28,859 nucleotides of DNA from a virus (lineage: Duplodnaviria; Caudoviricetes), in IMG/VR virus record IMGVR_UViG_3300007255_000006, positions 1-28,859 of that record; one strand, written 5' to 3'. Numbering within the stretch: position 1 is the stretch's first letter; each line of letters opens with the position of its first letter. Position numbers and translations under genes: made by a program. Under the pieces are notes generated by a model that made no database searches, was not told where the DNA came from, and saw only the letters and a list, made by a program, of their open reading frames with translations. This document shows positions 15,500 to 23,485 of the stretch, one piece after another.

Positions 15500-15679
15500 T
15501 CACCTGCGACGTCTGTTTAGCCTATCTCTGTCTAGCGTATCCCTGATTAGTTTGGCAGCTTGAAGCAATGGTAGGCCAGTAGCAAGAGAGTAGTTTCTAA
15601 CTACTAGCCTGAATTGACGTCTCTTCTCTTGATTGCGGAAGCGACCAATTTTGTCAATGACTTTTGTTTCTTTTGACAT
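15500..15679 (-). CDS. 59-aa basic protein, paralog of the C-terminus of 14890-15345
   Basis: Manually translated: MSKETKVIDKIGRFRNQEKRRQFRLVVRNYSLATGLPLLQAAKLIRDTLDRDRLNRRRR; GAGGT Shine-Dalgarno. Confidence 0.85.
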   Translation of the reverse strand: MSKETKVIDKIGRFRNQEKRRQFRLVVRNYSLATGLPLLQAAKLIRDTLDRDRLNRRRR

Positions 15680-15681
15680 GT

Positions 15682-15936
15682 CTAAACCTCAGCGTAGTAA
15701 TCCATGGGAACAGTCCTAGCCGTTCGCTTGATGGTGCGACGGCTCATCTGACGCTCACATCCTGTTGCGATTCTTACCTCGTCGTAGTATTGCACTCCAT
15801 ACTCGGGCTCTGTCTTCGCGATCGCGGGCTTGGCAAGGATTGAATACCTCGCAGGTATGGTGCCGCAATTCTGACAGGCCAGCCGTCGAACGGAGTTAAT
15901 GCCGTGGCAGATACCACACTCATATGTCATACTCAT
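15682..15936 (-). CDS. zinc-ribbon protein
   Basis: CGIC...CQNC; GAGGA Shine-Dalgarno. Confidence 0.75.
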   Translation of the reverse strand: MSMTYECGICHGINSVRRLACQNCGTIPARYSILAKPAIAKTEPEYGVQYYDEVRIATGCERQMSRRTIKRTARTVPMDYYAEV

Positions 15937-15939
15937 GGT

Positions 15940-16020
15940 CTATCCTCTCTTCTGTCCGCAGTATTGGCAGTCCGCCTTCACTCCGATGTTACCACACTTG
16001 CTGCATTTCTTAATTGCCAT
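15940..16020 (-). CDS. 26-aa zinc-ribbon microprotein MAIKKCSKCGNIGVKADCQYCGQKRG, probably leaderless
   Basis: Two CxxCG motifs; ATG 6 nt after the -10 hexamer. Confidence 0.7.
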   Translation of the reverse strand: MAIKKCSKCGNIGVKADCQYCGQKRG

Positions 16021-16026
16021 GAGAGA

Positions 16027-16055
16027 AGTATAGCACGCGGCAGGTAGTCTGTCAA
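16027..16055 (-). promoter_or_regulatory. sigma70-type early promoter
   Basis: TTGACA-17 bp-TATACT with extended -10 TG. Confidence 0.9.
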
Positions 16056-16317
16056 TAGGAAAGATTTACTTATTCAATTGAATGATTCGGTGAATAGAAC
16101 GCTCTGGCGAGGCGGACTGGAATACACTCCCCCGGCACCCCCACCACTATATTACCACCCACACTGCTCGCGCGGACGGAGGGAATCGGCTTAATCTCAT
16201 CTTAACCGATACAAACTGCTTAAGTAATATAAGATACTATCAAGAGAGATATAAATAAAAAATGAAAATTATAAAAACTGAAATATACAACAACTGAAAT
16301 TTTCAGACGGCCACACT

Positions 16318-16346
16318 CGTAAGTCCTTCTCTCACAACAGGTTAGC
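16318..16346. promoter_or_regulatory. 29-bp motif copy 2, just upstream of the rightward promoter
   Basis: 23/29 identical to 14230-14258. Confidence 0.55.
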
Positions 16347-16360
16347 GGCTTACGGCTGAC

Positions 16361-16389
16361 TTGACTTGGCATGTTGGCCATGCTATGAT
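16361..16389 (+). promoter_or_regulatory. sigma70-type promoter for the morphogenesis arm
   Basis: TTGACT-17 bp-TATGAT with extended -10 TG. Confidence 0.8.
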
Positions 16390-16440
16390 GGAGCGTCCGC
16401 TTGGCTCACGGAGACATTTGATTCCTTTAGACAGAATCAT

Positions 16441-17037
16441 ATGATAGTTCCAGAGAAGGATGCAATCGAACGTTTATCATCACCACTTAATCTAATAAAC
16501 CGTCTACGTTCTGCAAATAATAACAATCGTAAGAATAGTGCTATGGACTTATTTCAGCCCTCCCGGCAAGGAGAAGTGCAAGAGCAGCACTCAGGGCAAC
16601 AGCATGGAGGCTTTGTAAACCCATTTGATAAAGTTGCTAACAAGCTAAGCGACAACACTGCATTAATTCCCACCAAGCATCTAAATCCTCCTACTATCAA
16701 GAACTCAAGTCCTATCATAGAACATAGTCAAGAACAACAAGCTCCAAACCTAGACACTCTGCTAGATAATGCAGACAGCAGAATCAAACTAGGTATTGCT
16801 CATGATACAGCGCTAGATACATTAGTAAGCGCTGTAGGATTATTGAAGACCAAACTAGATGATATGAAGCCAGATAAACTTCCATCCGCTATCATGGCAA
16901 CATCTAAAGTAGTTGATGCTATACAGAGACAGAGACTTGATCAAGCTAAGAATAAACAAGGTAGAGAAGTTCACTACCACTTCTACACTCCCACCCAGAA
17001 GAAGGTTGATGACTATGAAGTAATTGAAGTTGGATGA
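16441..17037 (+). CDS. hypothetical protein, candidate terminase small subunit (start revised to MIVPEKD)
   Basis: First gene of the structural arm, upstream of TerL; helical C-terminal half; the TTG start at 16366 lies inside the promoter. Confidence 0.45.
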   Translation: MIVPEKDAIERLSSPLNLINRLRSANNNNRKNSAMDLFQPSRQGEVQEQHSGQQHGGFVNPFDKVANKLSDNTALIPTKHLNPPTIKNSSPIIEHSQEQQAPNLDTLLDNADSRIKLGIAHDTALDTLVSAVGLLKTKLDDMKPDKLPSAIMATSKVVDAIQRQRLDQAKNKQGREVHYHFYTPTQKKVDDYEVIEVG

Positions 17038-17049
17038 AGAGGAGAAAAG

Positions 17050-17304
17050 ATGAGTGATGCTCTCATGATAGCATTGATTAGTGGCATACCAGCGATTCTT
17101 ACATCATTGGCGACTTTGATATTTATTATTAGGGGGAATGGTAAAATTAATGTTCTTGAGAAGACAGTTAATGGTAAGTTCACAGAGATGCTAGATGCAG
17201 TTAAGACAAGTTCTGAGGTTAAAGGTAAGGTAGATACGATAGAGAAGATCATTCAACCTTCTGCTCCTACTGCTACAATAATAACGGATAGACGAAAGGA
17301 GTGA
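17050..17304 (+). CDS. single-TM membrane protein, holin-like
   Basis: N-terminal hydrophobic helix; GAGGAG Shine-Dalgarno. Confidence 0.5.
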   Translation: MSDALMIALISGIPAILTSLATLIFIIRGNGKINVLEKTVNGKFTEMLDAVKTSSEVKGKVDTIEKIIQPSAPTATIITDRRKE

Positions 17305-17305
17305 G

Positions 17306-17560
17306 ATGCCAACCGAAGTTTTCTCAATCGGTCCAGTGTATGCCATAACTGATAACGTAATTCGAGCATTACCAGCTCATGCTACTCGTCTGTTCGTTAC
17401 GTTCTCAACGGCTACATCAGTAGATATTAGCAATGCATTAGATATGTCTAATCCTACAAATCTATTACCTGCTGCATTCAACACAGGCGGAGTCGATGTC
17501 GCAGCAGGGTTTATTCGAGTTAATGGTGGGAATGCAACAGTTCGATTAGGAGCCTACTAG
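17306..17560 (+). CDS. small beta-rich hypothetical protein, possibly virion-associated
   Basis: AAGGAG Shine-Dalgarno; T/A/G/V-rich composition. Confidence 0.6.
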   Translation: MPTEVFSIGPVYAITDNVIRALPAHATRLFVTFSTATSVDISNALDMSNPTNLLPAAFNTGGVDVAAGFIRVNGGNATVRLGAY

Positions 17561-17581
17561 AGAGTAGAAGGAGAGTAGAAG

Positions 17582-17878
17582 GTGGATTGGTTCAAAGCTC
17601 TCAAGATTCTTGGTCCTGCTATATTAATGGTAGTGCCAGGGGCACAAGCATTTATTCCTCTAATCATTGCTGGTATTGAGGTGGCTGAACATAGTGGATT
17701 GCCTGGAGCTGATAAGAAGGTGATAGCTAAAGAAGCTGTTCGAATCGGCGCAGCAACGGCGAATCAGATCGCAAAGAAAGAAGTAATCGACGTAGCACAG
17801 GCACAGAGGATTGCAGACGATACGATTGATGCAATTGTTAAAGTTACCAATATCGTCTCAGAAGTCAAGAAGAATTAA
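17582..17878 (+). CDS. holin-like membrane protein (resembles the LL-H type)
   Basis: Hydrophobic N-terminus followed by AE...GADKK..A. Confidence 0.5.
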   Translation: MDWFKALKILGPAILMVVPGAQAFIPLIIAGIEVAEHSGLPGADKKVIAKEAVRIGAATANQIAKKEVIDVAQAQRIADDTIDAIVKVTNIVSEVKKN

Positions 17879-17891
17879 ACTTAATCTTAAT

Positions 17892-19598
17892 ATGTCAATT
17901 TCAATTAGTAATGGAATTATTGCAGGCGATCCAGGAAATGGTTTATATGATGACTTCGTAAGAGAGAAGAACATTAGAGGCCATGACAAACAAGAGGACG
18001 TCTTACAACTCCCAGACGACATCTTCGAAGCCTTATATGGAGGAGCAGCGTATGGCGGCAAGAGCTGGCTCCTTACTTTATTACCAATATTTAGGGGCTT
18101 CCAAAAGTATCGAGGATTCAAGGGAATCATCCTACGACGTAAGTTCCCTGATCTTGAAAGAGAGATTATCCGACTATCTAAAGAATACTATCCACAGACC
18201 GGTGGCAAGTATAATGAACAGAAGCATAGTTGGGAATGGCCTGATTACGGCACTTATATGGACTTTGGCCATGTTCAGCACAATACTGATATTAGTATGT
18301 ATGATTCTGCTCAGTATAATTATTGCGCATTCGATGAACTTACTCATTTCGATGCTTATCCCTATCACTACATGGTGGGTAGTCGTGTTCGTCCCGGTGG
18401 TGACTTTCATATTGCTTTCGTTCGTAATGGCACTAATCCAGGTGGTCCAGGACAGACGTTCGTCTACAAAAGATTCGTAGAACCATTCCAGGACGGCTAT
18501 CGAGTTCTTAGAGATAAGGCTACTGGATTAACTCGTATCTTTATTCCTGCTTTAGCAGAGGATAATCCTTATGGAATGGAATATGATCCACTCTATGTTA
18601 AGAAACTGGAAATCCTCCGTGAAAGTTCAGAGGCTGATTACAAAGCTAAGCGATGGGGAGATTGGCATGCCTTCAAGGGATCAGTCTTCACAACTTTCAG
18701 AGCTATACGATTTCCAGGTGAGCCTAATAACGCGCTGCATGTTATTGAACCATTCGAGATTCCCGAATGGTGGCCAAGGATATTGTCTATTGACTGGGGA
18801 AAAACAGCTATGTGCTATGCAATGTGGGGCGCAATTAGCCCCGACAAGAGAGTATATGTTTATAGAGAACGAGGATGGCATGGCCGTGATATTCCCTACT
18901 GGGCCTCGGAAATTAAAGAGATACACAGTGAGCATAACGAAACACCAGTCGTCACCGTTCTATGTGGCAGTGCTTGGCAGAATCGCGGCGGGACTGAAAT
19001 TCATGAGGACTTTACTAAGTATTCATGTCTAACAGCTATTAGCTCTGAGAATACACCTGGTTCTAGAGTAGTAACCTTACAGACTGTTCATGACTTTCTT
19101 AGGTGGGAACAGAAAACAATATTAAGGTCTAAAGAGTTATTCTATGATCTTGGTAAAGCTCAAGAAATCTACAGGCGATACGGACCAGACGCTTTAGAAA
19201 GGTATCGCGCACAGTTCTTAGACGAACCTTATGAAACAAATCTTCCTATCCTGCAGATATTCAACAACTGCAAGATTCTTATTGATACTATCCCAACGGC
19301 TGTATATGATGAGAAGAGAACAGAAGACATTGCTGAATTTGATGGAGATGATCCATTAGATGATTTGCGTTACTTCTGTAAAGTTTGTCGTCGCTTCCTC
19401 GCTGGAGAGATTGGAAATATAGAGCAGCAGATGAAAGTTAATCAGATAATTCAGAACTACGAGCAGACACAAGATATGACTATGCTTCATAGACAATTGG
19501 AAACTCTTGAACATGGAAATAATATTATCAACATTGCACAACAATTAAGGCCACGAGGTATACTAGCTAGACGGAGACAGACCAGGAGAGTGCATTGA
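17892..19598 (+). CDS. terL: terminase large subunit (start revised to MSISIS)
   Basis: YGGAAYGGKS Walker A, CAFDELTHF Walker B, TNPGGPG coupling motif, SIDWG and DDPLDDLRY nuclease motifs. Confidence 0.95.
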   Translation: MSISISNGIIAGDPGNGLYDDFVREKNIRGHDKQEDVLQLPDDIFEALYGGAAYGGKSWLLTLLPIFRGFQKYRGFKGIILRRKFPDLEREIIRLSKEYYPQTGGKYNEQKHSWEWPDYGTYMDFGHVQHNTDISMYDSAQYNYCAFDELTHFDAYPYHYMVGSRVRPGGDFHIAFVRNGTNPGGPGQTFVYKRFVEPFQDGYRVLRDKATGLTRIFIPALAEDNPYGMEYDPLYVKKLEILRESSEADYKAKRWGDWHAFKGSVFTTFRAIRFPGEPNNALHVIEPFEIPEWWPRILSIDWGKTAMCYAMWGAISPDKRVYVYRERGWHGRDIPYWASEIKEIHSEHNETPVVTVLCGSAWQNRGGTEIHEDFTKYSCLTAISSENTPGSRVVTLQTVHDFLRWEQKTILRSKELFYDLGKAQEIYRRYGPDALERYRAQFLDEPYETNLPILQIFNNCKILIDTIPTAVYDEKRTEDIAEFDGDDPLDDLRYFCKVCRRFLAGEIGNIEQQMKVNQIIQNYEQTQDMTMLHRQLETLEHGNNIINIAQQLRPRGILARRRQTRRVH

Positions 19599-19954
19599 AT
19601 ATCCTCATACGATGGCTATTTGGCAAGCCTTGCACAACTTGTCTAGTTCTGCAAGAAATGCTTGAATATGAAAGAGCTAATAATAGAGAGATGCTTTCTA
19701 CTCTAACAAGTCTTCTTAAGCCAATTCCAATCATTCAGCAATCATCTACATCTCCTGTCCCAGTAAGCCGTCAGGGTATGTTGTGGAGTAGGAGAAGAAT
19801 TGAATTAGAGAAGCTAGATAGAGAAAATGCAAGAATTAGAGTTAGTAGTCCTGTGATTGGCAAGTCCGATACAGAGACTAAGCCTGAAATAACTAGAACT
19901 ATCGATGAATTAGAATCAGAATTGGGAATCTCCGAAGCGACTGAAAGGAGCTGA
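19595..19954 (+). CDS. hypothetical protein
   Basis: TTGA overlap with the terL stop; AGGAG upstream. Confidence 0.75.
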   Translation: MNILIRWLFGKPCTTCLVLQEMLEYERANNREMLSTLTSLLKPIPIIQQSSTSPVPVSRQGMLWSRRRIELEKLDRENARIRVSSPVIGKSDTETKPEITRTIDELESELGISEATERS

Positions 19955-19956
19955 GA

Positions 19957-20184
19957 ATGCCAGCCGGAACTATCACACTCACAGTCACAGCAGATACTGG
20001 TCCTAACCAGCAGATAACTGCACAGGTCATTACTGAAGTTATCAGTATGAATTTTAGATTTAAGGATGGAGCCGTTGACATCTACGCCGATAACCCACCT
20101 CGTATGCTGACTGTCCAGTATTCAGACCTAACTGGAGTTACATTCACTCCGGCATCTCGCACTGTTACAATAACAGACGTATAG
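19957..20184 (+). CDS. small Thr-rich hypothetical protein
   Basis: AAGGAG Shine-Dalgarno. Confidence 0.75.
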   Translation: MPAGTITLTVTADTGPNQQITAQVITEVISMNFRFKDGAVDIYADNPPRMLTVQYSDLTGVTFTPASRTVTITDV

Positions 20185-20200
20185 CCTTAGATAGGGTAGG

Positions 20201-20839
20201 ATGCCAAATCTACCTTCTCATGCTAAAGATGTTTGGCTCTTAAGCAATAGGGTAGAGGAGCTATCAATATATGATGTAACAGTAAAAGGTATTCCTATTG
20301 ATGGTCTACAAGGGACTGGAGTAAACATTCTTGGTAAAGGATCTATATGTATTGACACAAATACTGGAACACGATATATCAATATGGGAACTAAGGATCT
20401 TCCTACTTGGATTAGTTTTACACCAATTCCTACACTAGCTCCTTCTGGCCATGGGATATTTCGGCTAGCTAAGTTTACTTATGATCAGACATTAGATGGA
20501 GGTGGGATAGGAACTAGAACTCCAATAAATAAAGTAATCATTCCTAATGGTGCAATAATAACAGGTGGATTCTTTGTTTCATTAACTGATCTAGAATCTA
20601 GTGGAGCCGCTACTCTGGCGATAGGACTAATTGGATTAGGAAATAGTATATTAGTTCCAGCTAGAGCATATGGAGATTTTAACAATATACAAAATAATAA
20701 TATTTTACCTTGGTTCACTTCTAGTGTGATTCGTATAAATAATGGTCCAGCTACAGTTAACTTCACCATAGCTGGTGCTGCCATTACTGCAGGGCAATTA
20801 GAATTTCATTTCTTTTACTTTCTAGCTGGAGGAGTCTAA
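20201..20839 (+). CDS. Gly-rich beta-structured hypothetical protein, possibly virion-associated
   Basis: GS..IDT.TG..YIN.GT...PTW motif resembles phage structural proteins. Confidence 0.6.
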   Translation: MPNLPSHAKDVWLLSNRVEELSIYDVTVKGIPIDGLQGTGVNILGKGSICIDTNTGTRYINMGTKDLPTWISFTPIPTLAPSGHGIFRLAKFTYDQTLDGGGIGTRTPINKVIIPNGAIITGGFFVSLTDLESSGAATLAIGLIGLGNSILVPARAYGDFNNIQNNNILPWFTSSVIRINNGPATVNFTIAGAAITAGQLEFHFFYFLAGGV

Positions 20840-20840
20840 G

Positions 20841-20999
20841 ATGCCAGCGAAGTCTGGAAAGCAATATCGATTCATGCAGATGATGGCTCACAATCCTAGT
20901 AAGAAAACAACTAAGGGAGTGGGACCATCTAAAGATGTAGCTGAGGAGTTTATCCATAAGACATCTCCAGAGAAGCGAAGGCTCTTCAGCAAGAAGTAG
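20841..20999 (+). CDS. 52-aa basic protein MPAKSGKQYRFMQMMAHNPSKKTTKGVGPSKDVAEEFIHKTSPEKRRLFSKK
   Basis: Manually translated; GGAGGAG Shine-Dalgarno; MP.KS..Q.RFM...AH pattern recurs in phage head modules. Confidence 0.8.
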   Translation: MPAKSGKQYRFMQMMAHNPSKKTTKGVGPSKDVAEEFIHKTSPEKRRLFSKK

Positions 21000-21004
21000 G
21001 AATC

Positions 21005-23485
21005 ATGCCTAAGCTGGATGATGAAATTAAAAGACTGCTTAAGATAGTCGTAGATCATTTTGACTCAGAAGATAGGATTGTCAGAGAAAGACAGCTACGA
21101 CATTATAGAAGATTAAAGCTTTATTGGAATAACTTTAGTCAGATCTATTGGAGCGAATCGGCTAGAGATTATCGGATTTACGGCGCTGATGATCTAGCTT
21201 ACGATGGCAATGATCAAGAATACTACGATAGACCAGTCAATGTATTTCGTGCTTTCTTAGAAACAATTATCGCTGCTCTGTCCATTCAAATTCCAGGTAT
21301 TGTCTGCGTTCCAGATGATGCTGAAAATCCAGATGATCTGAGCACTGCTAAAGCAGGAGATAAGATTGGTGAATTGCTCTACAAACATAACGATATTATG
21401 TTCCTCTGGCTACATGCACTATATATACATTGCACTGAAGGAATGGTTGCTTGCTATGTTTATGAGAAGGAAGATAAGACATATGGCACTTATGAGGAGA
21501 AGAAATACAAGAACGAAGAAATTGAGTCTTATGTATGTCCTCATTGTGGTGAAAGACTAAAAGATGAAGTATTTCAACAGCAGCTTCAACAACAACAACT
21601 TCCACTTGATCAGCTTGGACAGATTCCAGGGCAGCAGCCTAATCAACAAGATCAGATAGTTCCTCCTGGTCCTCCAGACTTTGAAGTCTCTGAAGAGATT
21701 AGAGATGGATTTGCTCCTGATGATGATAACATAGATATTAATTCAGAGCTAGATGAACAGGGGCCTCTCTGCACTGCTTGTCTACAGAGTTTAGACCCAG
21801 AACTACAAAAGACTAAGCTTACTATTCCTAGATTTGTAGGAATGAATACCAAGCCTAAGAGCAGGATTTGCTTTGATATTAAAGGTGGCTTATATGTTAA
21901 GGTTGCGAACTATGCTAATCAGCAGAAGGACACTCCGTATCTAATCTATAGTTATGAGACTCATTACGCCAATGCTTTACATACCTATCCAAGATTACGA
22001 GATGATCTTCCCCAAGGAGGATGGGCCAAGAGTGGAGTCAATGACCCATATGAACAATATGCTCGATTGAATCCTCAATATCGCAACGCTTTTCCAGAAG
22101 AGCAAGTAACTGTTAAGAATACTTGGCTTCGCCCGGCCTCCTTCGAAATTCTTAACGAAGAGGATTGCGAAAAACTTACTAAGTTGTATCCAGATGGCGC
22201 CAAGGTGGTGATGGTTAATGATATATGTGCTGATGCCGAGAATGAATCTTTGGATGATTGTTGGACGCTTACTAGAAATCCTATACACGATTTTCTTAAT
22301 CACGATCCTATGGGAGAATTGCTTACTAATCTTCAAGATATTACGAATGATTTGATTTCTCTTACTCTACAAACTATTGAACATGGAATAACTCAAACTT
22401 GGGCAGACCCGGCTGTTGTTAATTTTGAGGCACAGACTCAGTTAGAAGCTGCTCCTGGTTATATCACTCCTACTAAATTACAGGGTGGCTCTAAGAACAT
22501 TAGTGAGTCTTTCTTCAGCACTAAGTCTGCTGCATTATCTCCAGAGATATTTCAATTCTATCAGATCGTTCAGCAGTTGGGACAGTTTGTTTCGGCTGCA
22601 ATGCCAAGTATTTTTGGTGGTAGTCAGGATTCTGGAAGTTCGAGGACTGCATCTGAATATCAAATGAGTAGAACGGCTAGTCTGCAAAGGCTACAAACTA
22701 CTTGGCGTATGTTTAGTGTGTGGTGGAAGACTATATTTGGTAAAGCTATTCCAGCCTATATGAAGCTGATTAAGAGACAGGGTGATGAGAGGATAGTTGA
22801 ACGTAAGGATTCCGGTAGCTTCGTTAATACTATTATTCGACGCGCAGAAGTTTCTGGTAAGATTGGCTCTGTTGAAATAGAGCATGGAGATACTATACCT
22901 GTTAGTGATGAACAGAAGGCTGATGTTGTTATGAAACTAATGGAACTGAATAATATGGAAATTATGAATGCTCTTACATCTCCTGAGAATCTGCCATTCA
23001 TTCGTAAAGTTGTAAAGATGCCAGAGTTTAGGCTGCCAGGTGAGGATGATAGGACTAAGCAGCATGAGGAGATTCAACTTTTAATCAACTCAGAGCCTAT
23101 CATTATACCACCAGATCCTATTCAGATAGTGATGGCCCAACAACAGGGGCAGCCACCCGTCCCCACCGAATTGCCATCGGTAGAGGTAGATCTTTTAGTT
23201 GATGATCATCAGATTGAAGCTTCTATCTGTCGTAGCTGGTTGATTAGTGAAGCTGGACGTCTTGCTAAGACTGATAATCCTAATGGATATAAGAATGTAT
23301 TACTTCATATGAAAGCTCATATGGATATTCTAGCGCAACAGCAGCAAGCTCAGATGATGGCACAAGCTGCTCAAGCATCTGGTCAACCACCGGCTAATGG
23401 CAACAATGGCCAACGAACTCCTGCTAAGCCAAAACAGGAAGAAAGAGTAAAAGAGGGAAGTGATGCCAGATCTCCCATCCAGTAA
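21005..23485 (+). CDS. portal protein (P22-like) with a Zn-ribbon/low-complexity insertion
   Basis: Size and position between terL and scaffold; P...E...D...A..G motif, SSRTAS motif, DDH...H and Q-rich tail. Confidence 0.8.
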   Translation: MPKLDDEIKRLLKIVVDHFDSEDRIVRERQLRHYRRLKLYWNNFSQIYWSESARDYRIYGADDLAYDGNDQEYYDRPVNVFRAFLETIIAALSIQIPGIVCVPDDAENPDDLSTAKAGDKIGELLYKHNDIMFLWLHALYIHCTEGMVACYVYEKEDKTYGTYEEKKYKNEEIESYVCPHCGERLKDEVFQQQLQQQQLPLDQLGQIPGQQPNQQDQIVPPGPPDFEVSEEIRDGFAPDDDNIDINSELDEQGPLCTACLQSLDPELQKTKLTIPRFVGMNTKPKSRICFDIKGGLYVKVANYANQQKDTPYLIYSYETHYANALHTYPRLRDDLPQGGWAKSGVNDPYEQYARLNPQYRNAFPEEQVTVKNTWLRPASFEILNEEDCEKLTKLYPDGAKVVMVNDICADAENESLDDCWTLTRNPIHDFLNHDPMGELLTNLQDITNDLISLTLQTIEHGITQTWADPAVVNFEAQTQLEAAPGYITPTKLQGGSKNISESFFSTKSAALSPEIFQFYQIVQQLGQFVSAAMPSIFGGSQDSGSSRTASEYQMSRTASLQRLQTTWRMFSVWWKTIFGKAIPAYMKLIKRQGDERIVERKDSGSFVNTIIRRAEVSGKIGSVEIEHGDTIPVSDEQKADVVMKLMELNNMEIMNALTSPENLPFIRKVVKMPEFRLPGEDDRTKQHEEIQLLINSEPIIIPPDPIQIVMAQQQGQPPVPTELPSVEVDLLVDDHQIEASICRSWLISEAGRLAKTDNPNGYKNVLLHMKAHMDILAQQQQAQMMAQAAQASGQPPANGNNGQRTPAKPKQEERVKEGSDARSPIQ

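Noticed and set aside
15288-15546. 71-aa minus and 69-aa plus ORFs
   Set aside because: They overlap a promoter, hairpins and better-supported genes
15607-15619. GCCTGAATTGACG, whose minus-strand transcript is complementary to hammerhead stem-loop I (possible anti-ribozyme)
   Set aside because: It encodes RQFR within the motif conserved between the two paralogs, so coding constraint or chance explains it; the match to either ribozyme is imperfect
15625-15657. TTGACA on the minus strand as another promoter (a similar lone TTGACA lies near 6455-6460)
   Set aside because: No acceptable -10 hexamer at 16-18 bp spacing
16366-16440. N-terminal extension of the first structural-arm ORF from TTG 16366
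   Set aside because: The start lies inside the -35/-10 promoter spacer, upstream of the likely transcription start
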